Source: the human T2T-CHM13v2.0 reference genome, Homo sapiens. From it: a stretch of DNA of 64,000 bases. Shown here in pieces: positions 38,429 to 57,092 of this stretch. Under the pieces are notes generated by a model, which made no database searches, had not been told where the DNA came from, and saw only the letters and a program-made list of their open reading frames with translations. The number at the start of each line of letters is the position of its first letter. Positions within the stretch are counted from its first letter, which is position 1. The stretch lies in the NCBI RefSeq assembly GCF_009914755.1, contig NC_060931.1. The stretch is one strand, 5' to 3'. The translations under genes were made by a program, and so were the position numbers.

Positions 38429-41347
38429 TCTTATAATCTTAAGGAGATATGTCTTCTAACAGCATTGGGGTTCGACAATCATCCCAGAGGAATAAGGCTA
38501 AATATGACTAGGATGATTATTGCATTCTGGCCCAGCTTCATACCCGGTCCTGTATGGCACAGACTCCATAACTTCAGTTAAAATTGAAAACCATGGCTTT
38601 GATGAATTGATATCTTGCTGAGAATACGATCCACAGAATAGTGTTACCTACACATTCATGGGGCAATCATTAACTTTACTTTATGAAGTAAAGTTACAAA
38701 AATTAAGAATATGATTACTTGTGAAAAATGCACTTTTAATTTAATTGCGAGCCTATGTTGCTATAATCATGGCTGAGTACCAGGCAATTTCCACATACCA
38801 GTATCTAATCAGGGAACTGCTGGAAAACAGAATGTATCACAAGAGGCCAGCAGATACTTCTAACTTACTTCCAAATCTTGTAAAAATACATCTAATTGGA
38901 GTAATCTATTTCTCCAGAATCCTAATTATAAGAGATAATGGAAGATAATGTTTTCAGTTTCTTAGCATCTCTAAAACAGGCAGGCATTCAAAAGGAGGGT
39001 ACTACAGAGATTGAACAAATCAACTCACAGTTTTTGCCAAAATAATATTTGACATCTGTTGGCAGGAGGACTAGCTCTGAAACTAACATGCATACTGTTA
39101 ACTAGACATAATGGACATTACAGTCATCAGGAAGACTCAGAAGTTGAAAACTAAACATTTTGCATTGCAAAAGTGCCCTTCTACGGCCAAGTCCACAAAC
39201 AAAAGAACACTCAGTCACCCAAGCAATAGTGATAGCTCAGAAATTCAGTACTTTTATTGTGAAAGAAAAATGTAGGAGTCCTGAAATATTGCATTAGAAT
39301 TAAGTTTTACTTGTCAGACAAGGCAAATATCAATAGAATTAAGGTGGAGGTCTAAAATGTAAGTTTTCATTTTCTGATGTAATATTTCACTTGTTTTTAT
39401 ACCAAGGGGGTATTTGATGTTAGAAGGTAGGAAAAACCTGAGAGTTTATACTTTGGTGAGCCTATATCAAGGCTCTCAATTTAGTTTATTTAACAATAAG
39501 AAAAAGCCTCTTAGCATATGAATGTTAAAAAAATAATTAGACCTAAAACACTTCAATATGCTCCTAAGTATTTATATTAGGATCAAGGAGCTTGTTTATG
39601 CTTTGGGTAAAAAATATTTCAGTAGCTCACTAGAAGTAATTTACAATGATTTATACAGAATTCTTTCAAATTCTTAAACAGAAACACACTCTCCATATGA
39701 AAGTACTTCCTATTGGCTAGCAGCAATAAACTGGCAAGTCATAAGCCATCAGTCGATATTTTATTGCTGTAAATTCACTCAGGATGTTCTAGTCATGAAA
39801 TAAAGAAAAATCAGCAGAGTTCTACAGAAATCCACGAGCAACTAAATTCTAACAAGCTATCAAAAGAACATAAATACTGACATTGAAACCCAGTGCCCTC
39901 TGGCATATAGAACAGGCTGTAAACTGATTTTGAAAACAAAAATCTAAGATATTCTTTATTTAAAGAAAAGGCCTCATTCAGTGATTGTAGCACATACTGA
40001 AGGGACATTCAAATTAACATCAGTTAATGGGACATTCAAATATGGTAAGAGTATGAACCTGCAGGCCTATATATGCTTATTCTGAATATTTGGGTATGAA
40101 GGTAAAATATCAAGACAGTGTATAAAATGTTTATCATATAAAAAGTGCTCCGTTAAAATAACACTAATATTCTACTTTTATCATGCAGGGAGTCAAATAG
40201 GTTTTTCCATTGTTAATATTTCATCATGTGCTTACATATTATTTCAAGATATTATTAAATCAAGGATTAATCCATGTCCCATTGATCTAGTGATCTAGTG
40301 ATATTTAATCTCCTTGCATGTGTGTGTGTATATATATATATACATGCTTTCCACCTCAATATTGTGGCTTGATGTGTTAAATAGAAAATAAAACCCACAT
40401 GGTTTTCATTTCCAAGACACTATATGATGTAATGTGTAATAGGAAACACATGAAATGATGAAGGCTTGAGAGAATAGGTATTAGAATGATAAGTCCAAGG
40501 ATAAAATGACTTTGTGGAAGAATCAAGAGAGCCCTGAGATAAAAGAAACCTCAGTGAGCAGATTCTTTTGGTGGATACTTAAAGGAAACGTAATTAATGG
40601 TGTGAAATGCTAGGATACAATTTATCAAAGAACATGACTCTGAGAAAATAGGATCTTTACAATTAGAAAGCTACTAATAGTTACTGTGACCAACACTTAT
40701 GACTTGAGTTATAAATACCTGACCCTGTTGCAATTTTATTATATTTAGGTAACATCAATCTTACCAACTCACAAAGGATCCTCTTCAACTAGAATAGAGA
40801 AAGGCATTGAGATCATATACCCTGGTTCTCAACTGTCTTAATTCGCAGTGCAATTCTTTTGACAAAGTATTATCCTAGGTTTAAGTACATAAATATACTC
40901 AAAGATATATGAGCAAGAGGGTTGGTAATTGAAGGGATCTTTCAGATTGGATGTCAGGGCCTAGAAGATTACCTCCCCTTTGGATTAAGGCACATTTCAT
41001 GGGTGCCTGCCCAAATTTGTGGCGTCAACCTGGGGTGTAGGAGCTGCTTAAATGCTAAGGAATGTGCATTTCCCCCAGCTGGTCATAAAGGTCATAGTAC
41101 TCTACTTCTGCAGATGACTCAAGTATTAATTCTTCTTCCACTGATACTCTACCATCTCTCAGTTCTCCCTGGGTAGGCATCACTCTTCTGCTTCAGGATT
41201 GCCACCAATTCCAGCTTCCTAATATCCACAATAAATGATAGTGATAGAGAAAATAAATATTCTCTTTACATAGGTATTTTAAGAAGGCAATAAGATAAGT
41301 GTACTTGGATACTGGGATGCACAGGTTTGTTTGTTTTTTTTTCCAAT

Positions 41348-45368
<4,021 letters not shown>

Positions 45369-47192
45369 ATATAGAGCTCCAAAATTGTACATTAAGTTCC
45401 CCTTAAGTATTCTGCTTGAGAGTAGATTATATATTTACAGGAGGAGACTTTACAAAGCCTTGTGAAGAGCAACTACTGGGAAGAACTTATTTTAAGAAGT
45501 TCGTTATTAACTGAAACAAACAACATGTATAGAACTGTAAGCTGAACAACTACCTAAGCTTGGAAAAGGCCGGTAATGTTGAATAATGACTTTCCAAAGT
45601 GGAGAGACCTCACTGGAAACCCAGATCATTAAGTACTTGTCTCCGAAAGTCCATACCTTAAGAGTAGGGCTAATCTGTCCTAGATTAAAAGCTACTACGA
45701 ACCACCATAATCAAGCTTGAAAAACAAGCTTCAAAGAGAGTAAGCTGATTTACAAGTAAATTCACTGACTTTCAGAAAAAAACCCAGTGTTCTATTAAGA
45801 CAATAAAACTCAAATATTGAACGATGCAGTACATATAACTATATTCAACCATACACAATAAAAAATAGACATGCATAAAAGTAGGAAAATGTAATATATA
45901 ACAGGAGAAAAAATCGATCAATAAAAATAGAGGCAGATACAATAGATGATGGAATATTAAATAATAATTTTAAAGATACCAATATACTGAAGCATCTCAA
46001 TGATTACATTGCATATAAATTCATTAGAACTTTCAACTCTTAGACTGGATAATAAACAAACAGAACACAATTATGTGATGTTTTCAAGAAATTCGTTTTA
46101 AAAATGAAAAGGTGAAACAACAAATGTCATGTACATGCTGACCATAAGAAAGCTGGAATAGCATAGCAATATCAAAGTAGACTCTTTACAAGGAATACTT
46201 CTAGAAACAGATGTTTTATACTAATGATAAGAGAGTAAACTTATCAATAATACCTAACACTCCTAAATATATATGTCATGTAATAGGAGTTTCAAAACAT
46301 ATAAAGAAAAAGCTGACAGAACTACAAAGGAAAATAGAGAAATCTACAACTGTCATTGGAGAGTGGAATACTATTTTCTTAGTAATGAATGGAGAAACTA
46401 AACACAAAATTAGTAAGGAAATGAAAGACTTATATAATATTATAGGACTATTTGAACTTGTAGAAATCAACAGGACACTGCATCCCTAAACAGGAAAATA
46501 TTCATTCTTTCATGTGTACATTGAAGATTCCCTAAGACAGACCATGTGCTGGGCCATAGCAAAAATATCAAAACAAATTAAATATTTTGAGATCATCCAG
46601 ATCATCACATTTTGAGTATAGCCTCTGAACATAATGGGATTCATTTAGAAATCATTGACAAAAAGGATATTTGGAATATCTACAAATATTTGGAAATTAG
46701 GCAACAGAATTTCAAATAACATAAGGGTCAAACAAAATTAGGTAGGAAATATTTTAAAATATTTTAAATGTAAATGAGAATACTATATACCAAATGTGTA
46801 GGCTGTATTTAAAACTATGCACAGTGAGTATAAATAGCACTAAATGCCAGGAAAAATAATTTCAAATTGGATGAAAGGAAGGTGATAGTAAAGACATGAG
46901 CAAAAGTCAATACATTAGAAAACAGAAAAACAAGAGAGAAATATATCGAATATCAATTAATTGAAAATATTAATAAAATTGATAAACATTTAGCTCCACT
47001 CGAAAAAAGAAGAGTGAAATTAAAAGTTATCATTATCAGTAAATAAAGAGAAGCATCACCATAGATAATATAGAAATTAAAATTATAAAAAGGAAATTAT
47101 TGAACAATTTTATGTCAACATGTTTGAAAGCTAGTGGGTGATTGCTTGAAAACACAATATACTAAATTAACATAAGAATACATAGACAAATA

Positions 47193-47330
47193 GGCAGGGT
47201 GCAGTGGCTCACACCTGTAAACCCAGCACTTTGGGAGGCTGAGGCGGGCAGATCACTTGATGTCAGGAGTTTGAGAACAGCCTGGCCAACATGGCAAAAC
47301 CCAGTCTCTACTAAAATACACACACACACA
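47193..47330 (+). mobile_element. Alu left monomer only (AluS-like)
   Basis: ggcagggtgcagtggctcacacctgtaa...cctggccaacatggcaaaaccc...ctactaaaata, then (CA)n. Confidence 0.85.
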
Positions 47331-47737
47331 AAGAATAAATGGACAAATAGACAATTTGAAGTCTTACATCTGAAAGGGAATTTGAAATTGTAATTAAAAA
47401 CCGTTCCAAAAAAAAAAGAGAAAGCCCACACTCAGGTGACTCCACTTTTGAAGTCTATCACACACTTCTATAGTGAAGAAGTAATATCAATTTTATCAAG
47501 TTGCTTTAATAAACTAGAGAAATAGTGAACATATTCCAACTTTTTGTATGAGTTCAGATAATTTTAATATCAAAATTGGAAAAACCAATTATAAGAAAAC
47601 TCTAAAAATTTTTTCCATGAATTAAGACATAGAAATCTCTAGACTGTTAGGAAATTGATTCTATAAATAGAAAGAAAAGGGGGAAATGCAACATTACCAA
47701 GTACTATTTATCTTAGGATGTAATAAATGCAGTTTAA

Positions 47738-48021
<284 letters not shown>

Positions 48022-49811
48022 TGTATTTAAAAAGTTACCACACATTCATGTTAAAAACTCTTAAAACCTGAGAACAGAAGGAAACTTTCTCAACATGTTT
48101 AAGAGTAGCTGAAGACAACTTACAGCTAATATCATACATGACAGTGAAGAACTAAAAACTTTCCCCCAAAGATTGGAACAAGTAAAAGTTCTTGACTATT
48201 TTTATTCATCATTTTACTGGAGGTGATAGCCTGTGCAAATATTCAACAATTATGATAGTGCTAAACCTAAGAAATTTTTCTAAAAACTATCAAGTTAATA
48301 ATAAAATTTAGAATGGTCACAGGACACAGAGTCAATATACAAAACTCGAATTTATTTTTGATAATAACAATAACTCATTAGAAAATAAAATATATATTTG
48401 ATAGCATAAAAAAAAAAATAAAAATTCATAGGGCTAATCATTTCCAAAACCTGCATACTGCATCTATTTACAAAAGTCTCAAAAAAGGAAATTTAAGACC
48501 AAAATAGGAAGTTTAATAGTGCACTTGAATTTGAGGGTAAAGTATGAGGTACAGTAGGTAATGATGACTACAGGTAAAAAGGCAGTCAAAGGCAATTGCC
48601 TCAAGGAGGCTACATGAGATATTATTTTTCTGGAAAATGGAGATCCATGATAAAAGGCTTGTCTCTGCTTCATATTCACAATTAGTGCTAAGCAGATCAT
48701 TGTGCACGTGTGTATCTTCTTGTCCCATATACACTTCTTAACATTGCCAAACTCTCTATTGAAATAAAGACCTCTTGCCTTTCAGCCCCTAGACCTGATG
48801 CTGAGTTAAACGGAGCTCGCTCTTCCCTTTTTCAACCAGTTATTTATTACGCAGACTCTGTTCTAGTTCTATGATGAAATGTTTTGTAGACATATGTACT
48901 TGGGTGGCTCTATTTTCATGCATTTAATGATAAATTTTGCTTACAAATATTTGTGAGGCTTCAGAAATATGACTGACATATTTATAAGCTACAATGTCTA
49001 AATTAAACCACAAAAGAAAGGTGTCTGTGTATGCTGATAGTTCCTTGAATGAACTACATTACAAAGTGGCCATGGGTCTTAGACCACCCAGAAAAAGCCA
49101 TTATAATGAGATGAGATGAATTTGCAATATGATGTCTTTGGACACTGCCTTTTCGCACCACACTAATTTGACTTGGTTTGCTCTCCATTTCTTATTTCTT
49201 AATTTCTTCTTGAGTTTTGAGGTTTGAGACTTTGGTTTTTCAGAATGAAGCATGGCCTTTCCAGATCGTCTATCCTGATAATTTGCAATTTTAACAAAGA
49301 TTCATATTCTTCTTTGGAAATGCTCATAGTAAAACCCCAGGATATTTATTTTATCATTTATTGATAATATTCATGTGAGGACTTAGCACAATAGAATATA
49401 ATCTTACTTGTACATAATTTGGAACTAGTTTATGCCCTTTTTCTTTTGCCATGTTGGAAACTGTGAGTTTTAGTGAAGAACAGATTTACAGTAGCTGTTG
49501 TTAATTAGACCAAAAAAGTACTCTTATTTTTGCTTGTTCATTAGCAAATTATGTCAACCAATGTATGTTACTTCCAAGTTAATTTTTAAATTATAGGAAA
49601 TAATTTTATTTATTTATGACCTTTGTTGTGCATTTGAATTTCAACTTCATGTGGTGTATTTCAACTGTAATCTTTGATATTTGAAGTCTACATTTTTTTT
49701 TTTTTTTTTTTTTTTTTACTGGATCTCAGTATCTTGCTAGAACCAATGACTGATATTTTGGGCCACAAAAGAAATCTCAGGTATTTGGCTAGCCATTGGA
49801 ATTACATATGA

Positions 49812-50289
49812 GAGAAAAAATAATGTTTTTTTCCTTACGCATCCCAAGGTCTGTGGCTGGAACCCATATAACAAAAGACAGAGTAACAAGAAAAAAGTGT
49901 AACAAATGCATTAACCAAAGTTTTATGGGGAACGAAAACCATTAGAAATGAGGACCAAACACCCAGGGGACAACTGAGTATTTTTGTGCTTAGATTCAGT
50001 AAAATCATGTAGAAGTATGATGGGACAAAAGGGTATGGTAACAAATTGGGGGAGAGGGACCCAGGAAGGCCTCTGCGTTGACTTTTCTTGGCCTCAGAGT
50101 ATAATGCAGTACCCCTTTGAGATGAAGTTCTTACAAGCTACTTTCAGTTGAGGTAGGACAGAGAATTCCCTTTTGGCCAGGTCTCACATTGAAAGGCAGG
50201 AGGAACTCAGAGTGACCTTCTTGCTTCTTAGGCCCTCCCAATCACCTTCAGTTCAAAGTACTTTGGGGTAGCATTTTCTGAACCCCTAG
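49812..50289 (-). mobile_element. MER34/MER39-like ERV1 solo LTR
   Basis: ataacaaaagacagagtaacaag...ttcagttcaaagtactttggggtagcattttctgaacccc. Confidence 0.7.
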
Positions 50290-51607
50290 AAAGAGGAAAC
50301 AGACAAATGTTGAATTTGCTACTTTAACTACAAATTGTTTATATGTATTTCTTTGCCAATTCTCAGTTTCCAATCTTGTAGAATAAAAATGGGGGATAAG
50401 TTTATATCTGCTATTTCTGCTATATAATCAAGAAGTTATGTTCTTTTCTCTAATAGATAATTTGCAATGATTATATATTATTTTGGTTAATAAATATTAT
50501 GGACTAGATCTTATTTTAAAATTTTATGTATATTTTAATTTGCTATAATCCTTACAACTTCAAGAAAGAGATTTACTGGCCAGATAATGTCCAAATTCAC
50601 ACAGGTCAACAGGAGCCACAGAGAATGGAACTGTGGGCTTGAATTTCATCCGTGTTTTCTGTTCTTCTCTGTCTCTCATCTCCACTTTTGCCATCTTGCT
50701 ATCTTCCTTGTCTTGTAATTTACACAGACCTTCATCATCCTAAAATATTCTGTCAGCAATGTTTAACATTGTTCAAGGTTAATAGTGAGTGAAAAACAAT
50801 GTATAGATGTGCTTATATTAAATATTAGCTCCACATAGAATGTTTTCCAGGGATTGATCCAGACTGTGTCAGGTGCATCCCTGAACCATCTTCTATGACC
50901 AAGCCAATAAGGGGCCAAGATAGGGAGAGTGTGAGGGAGTATCCAAGAATAACAAAAATACCACACATAGCTTAAGGAGCATTTAGTTATTCAAATTATT
51001 TTAAGTACTACTGGTTAGTTTATGAAGACATTTTTTCCCAGAAAAAATTATAACTATTACAAGATATTAACGAGATTTCTAAGGTCTTCTCTGGAAATAA
51101 TTAGGAAGTATAAAAGTTTATGTCTCAAAATAACATTAATTCATTATCATAGTTGGATAATTATTTTTAGTTTAAAATTGTTACATATCTTATTTAAAAA
51201 GCTTGTTAATTGTTAAAAGCACAACAACATACTCCTATTACGCTACCATTTAGAGATATATAAGGTTAACATTTTAGATGTAATTCTTTCACTATTATTT
51301 TAAATTGTATATAAAATGTATTAATTTTCTTGAAATTTTTTTACAAAAATGTACATTTACTTATATACTTTTGCTCCTTAGTACTATATTATAAACAAAT
51401 ATCCACATCATAAGATATTTTACTCTAAACTTATTTTATTGGCTGCACAATACCCCATCAGATAGCTCTACCTTTGTTTATTTAACGAACCCCCTATTGT
51501 TGGATATTAAGAAGTGTGTATAATAATTTGATAAACAATCCTCTAGATAAGTACTTACGCATAAATATAATTGTTTTCTTTTGTTGTTGTTTTTGGGTTT
51601 TTTTAAA

Positions 51608-51769
51608 TTTTTTTTTGACACAGGGTCTGGCTGTGTCACCCAGACTGCAGTGCAATTGTGAGATCTCAGCTCACTGCAGCCTCCACCTCCCAGGCTCAAG
51701 CTATTCTCCCACCTAAGCCTCCTGAGTAGCTGAGACTACAGGCGCACACCACCATGCCTGGGTCATTTT
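51608..51769 (-). mobile_element. AluJ right monomer
   Basis: cagggtct...cactgcagcctccacctcccaggctcaagc...actacaggcgcacaccaccatgcctgg. Confidence 0.85.
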
Positions 51770-52184
51770 CATCTAGAATTTCTTTCTTTAGATAAATTTC
51801 TAGAAATGATAAAATCTCAACAATTTATTAAGTCTTTGATACACATAGCAATATATTTTATTAGTTAAATAAGTGGCTAGTCATCTCAGACAATTCAATT
51901 CATAAATCAATGTCAGGTTTGTATCAGGTGTTTCATCAATTGCCAAGTGGAAGCTGATTATCTTTTATAAAATTAGAGAGTATAAGAAGAAAAATCAGGC
52001 AGGATATAAAATACTAGCAAGGCATTTTAATGAGAATTGTACTGACTAGACTGTTATTTCAGCATTGTCTGAAAGAGTCTGATTTTACATTGAAAATTTT
52101 TGACATATTTCAGTGAGAGATATGTGGGAGAGATAAGGAACGTATACTCATAGGAGTCAGGATGATTATCTTCATTTTAGCATT

Positions 52185-52507
52185 ACAAGGCCTGACAAGT
52201 CTGAAATTTAGAAAAAATAGGCCTCAGCCTGAACACTCAGGCAGGAATTCGCACTGCAGTCTTGAGGCAAAATTTCTTCTCTAGAAAACCTCAGTTTTTG
52301 CTCTTAAAACCTTCAACTGCTTAGATGAGGCTCCACCCACATTATTAAGAGTAACCTCTTTTACTTAAGTCAACTGATTGTAGATGCTAGCTGCATCTAC
52401 AAAATACCTTCCTAGGAACATCCTGATTAGTATTTGATTAAATACATAATTAGTATTTGATTAAGTCCCATAACCTTACAAGTCAACATATAATACTAAC
52501 CATCGCA
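52185..52507 (-). mobile_element. MLT2-family (ERVL) LTR
   Basis: gcagtcttgaggcaaaatttcttc...cctcagtttttgctctt...gatgaggctccacccacatt...aaccatcgca (reverse complement of the tgtgatggtt start). Confidence 0.82.
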
Positions 52508-52714
52508 AGGGCTTACACATTACAACAATTAGAATATATAAAGACTGGACACTGAATTCTATGACCCTAGTAAATCCTGAAATATACTGCATGTCCTTTA
52601 TGAACATTTTCTAAAGCTGTAGTAATCTGCTGTTCGCATATTAATTTATTGTTTTAATACTTTAGTGCTCATACAAACAATAGAATCAGGCCTTTGTGTG
52701 AATTTCAAATGTAA

Positions 52715-53200
52715 AAATTACCACAAACTTGGTGGCTTAAAAGATTTATCAAACTTTTGCAGCATAAATGTGTTTTCGTATAGTTCCAGAGGCCAGAATT
52801 CTGAAATTCCGGCTAAAATAAGGTTGTTGGTAGAGTGGCATTCCTTCTGGATCCTCCAGGGGAGAATCTCTTCCTTGCCTTTTCTAGCTTCTAGAGTCCA
52901 CCTACCTTTCTTGGCTTGTGGCCCTTTCCTCCATTTTAAAAACCGCAAGTGTAGCATCTTAAAATTTTTCTCTTCTCTGAACTCTGCTTCCATCATCTCA
53001 TCTCCTTTTCTGAACTCTGACCTTGCTGCCTTCCTCCTATAAGGGTTACCTTTTTTATTGCATTGGGGACATAAGAATAATTGAGCATAATCATCCCATC
53101 TCAACATTCTTAACCATAATCATATCTGCTAAGTACCTTTTGTCATTTGAGATAATATATTCACAGGTTCCAGAGATTAACACACAAACATTTTTTGGGT
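52715..53200 (-). mobile_element. MLT1D-like MaLR LTR
   Basis: aattaccacaaacttggtggcttaa...ggggagaatctcttccttgccttttctagcttctaga...ttcacaggttccagagatta. Confidence 0.8.
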
Positions 53201-54720
53201 ACCATATGCTCGTATAATTTCTCTGTATTTATTGTCCTGAAAAAATAGATAATTGTTTAAATAGCATAGGAATATTTATGTTCATTCTATGTTTAGCCTC
53301 AATTTCAGCATATTAGTTTGATTAGCCTTCAGAGAGAGGTACTAACATTATTAGAAGATAACTCTCAAAAGGTAAAATAATGACTCTTATACAAATATAA
53401 CATAAACACATGCCAAAGATCTAATGTAACTGATTAGTTAATGAGAGAACCAGTTAAATAGTTATTTCAAAGGAGAAATCAAAAGACCACATTTACATGA
53501 GTCAATCAAAAATGCTGAAATTAACTTACAAGAAGATGCAAAACTGGCTTTTTTCCCCCATTGGATATGAAGGAAGATTAATTGCCCTCCACTGGACAGA
53601 ATTATTTTCATGTCTGTAGTCAAGAATGCTCTCCTTTCCTATCAGTCATTCACAACTCAGTTATAAAATAGCTCAAAGAAAATAATGTTGCCAAAACTAG
53701 ATAAACTGGAAAGGTATGCTGTTAAATCATTTAAACTCTTCCATTAAAGTCACTCAATAATTTTTTAGTGAATTTCAAAGTCTTTCACAATGTTTTCTGA
53801 CAACATTTTTACTAAATTTACATTTAGTAAATGTATCAAAATGGAAAAGAAAGGCGTATCTTAAAGTTTACACTAAAAGTCAAAATTAAAAACAGGAATA
53901 ACTCTTTATTTAAACTTTATGTTTAAATACTACAATTCTAAGGGCAAAACAATGAACTAATGGTTATGAATGAATTCAAAATTCTGTGTTCTACTTGCAG
54001 CAATATAGTTATCCTCAATTTAGTGATTTTGAAAAAGTGATAAAATTAGACTGACTTTTATTCTCTAAAGTTTACTTTAGATTTTATTTCAAATTTTTTT
54101 ACATTTACAATGTTTTTACGTTCATTTTCAAAGCACATTAAAAAGAAACAAAATGTATGCCTTCACAAGTACATTAATTCCTAAAATGAAAAATGTTTAA
54201 CATAACTGCTAAATTCTAAATTCTTATTGTCTAATAAAATAAATTGTAGAAGAGAAAATAAATTAGAAGAGAAGAACTTTCACAGATATGTTTTGTTTCA
54301 CCAGGATTTTGAGATCTAGTGAGACTGCATTCGAGTGAAAATAGGAACAAAAATTTGTGCAATATTTTTACTTTATATTATTTTAAGAACCAATTAATAC
54401 CTCAAAAATGCCAACCTTTAAAAAAAATTTCTATGATTAGCAATCACAAACTTACTTATTTACAAATATTCTGGAAGTATCTCTTGAACAAAGTTCTTTA
54501 CTATTTCCCAGTTATCTCTTCTAAAGTTTTAAAGTATCATTTTCTATTCACAGTCTATGTTTCCTTACCATCCACTCAGGCCACAGCTTCAGAAGTTCTA
54601 CAGAATATCAGCCTTGACATTCTAATGTGATAAATGAATTGACTTTAACTTTCTTTCTCCTTTACTTCTTTGCAGCATTTTTATTCTATGATGTCTTTTC
54701 CCCTAGGACTGAGGACTTAG

Positions 54721-55395
<675 letters not shown>

Positions 55396-55399
55396 CCCC

Positions 55400-56230
55400 T
55401 TGGCTTCGATGCTGCTGTGTTCTCTAGATTTGTCTATTACATCGCTGACCCCTCTTCCCCAACTCTTCATTTTCATTCCTGTTCTCTAAAAGCAAATGTT
55501 TTCAAGACCTTCTCTTTTCTTTTATTTTCTCCTCTGTGAAGTACTTTCTCTTCTTTTCTATCTGTTTTTCATTTTAGTCAGTATTATTACTTCTCACAGT
55601 TTCTAAAATAATCTCATTAATATTGGCACCATGATTTATTTTCCTGGTTCCAATCTCCCTCAAGGTTCAGATTCACAACTCTTGCTGTGGGAAATATTTA
55701 CCTATGCACCCGCTTTACATGACAAACTCAAACTTTCCAGAGCCATACTCATCATTTACATTCCGAACTTACTCCTCGTTGAGCTCTATTTTCTGAGCAC
55801 AGCTGTATTCTGCTACCCAGATCAATTCCTGAGTCACCATTGCCAATACATTATTTCTAATACATTTTTCACATCTAAGGCCTCCATTTTACTTCCTTTG
55901 TTATTTCCACATTTCAGGTGTTTATTGTGAGATCGATTATTTCATTACTCTCTTTAACTGTTCTCCCAACATCCAGTCTCATCCCTGAACAGCAACACTG
56001 GTTGATGTGTCCAAAACATAGTATTAATTTCATTGCTTCGCTGCTCTTCAATATTCACTAACTTCCATAAGGTGCTACATAAAATTTAGGGAGCCAGATA
56101 CTGGCTCTCCAGTATCTGGTTCCTAAAGACTTTTCTGAATTTATCTCCAAGTATATGTCAGGATCTACCCACAAGTGACTATTCACTATTTTTTTCAAGC
56201 ATGCCTTGCACTTTCCTGACTGTAGGTATT
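55400..56230 (+). mobile_element. Degraded L2 fragments
   Basis: Pyrimidine-rich L2-like phrasing (cccttggcttc, aactcaaactttccagagccatactcatc). Boundaries approximate. Confidence 0.55.
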
Positions 56231-56380
56231 TGGCTTTTAGACTTTCAGAAATGGTTGAAATAAAAAGAATGGCAATTTTTAAGTCAATTATGTCTGAAAA
56301 TGAATTCTATCTTTCCCATAATTTGTATCTCTTACTTTGGTCAAGTACTTAACCACTTTAAACAGTTTCTTTCCTCCTTT

Positions 56381-56582
56381 CATCTCTACTTAAAAAAATA
56401 CAAAAAATTAGCCGGGCATGGTGGTGGGCGCCTGTAGTCCCAGCTACTCGGGAGGGCTGAGGCAAGAGAATGGCGTGAACCCGGGAGGCGGAGCTTGCAG
56501 TGAGCCGAGATCATGCCACTGCACTCTAGCCTGGACGACAAAGCAAGACTCCCTCTCAATAAATAAATAAATGAATAAATAA
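56381..56582 (+). mobile_element. 5'-truncated AluY
   Basis: ctact...tacaaaaaattagccgggc...aatggcgtgaacccgggaggcggagcttgc followed by an (AAAT)n tail. Confidence 0.92.
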
Positions 56583-56800
56583 GTAATTTTTTAAAAAAAT
56601 TTAAAAATGAGGAAAAGAGTACTTAAATTACATGTGTATAAAATACTGCAAACTTTTAGGTCTTTTAATATACTTTTATCCTCTGCTTCTTACTTTATGA
56701 TAATAGGATTCTTTAAATTTTTACTATGTAGTTCTTATTATTGCTTTGATAAACCTTTCCCATACTAAATTAATTTTTAATTGATGTTCTTTTAAATGGA

Positions 56801-57092
<292 letters not shown>

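Noticed and set aside
52665-53107. Overlapping 125- and 129-aa ORFs
   Set aside because: They lie largely within an MLT1D-like LTR and are non-coding.
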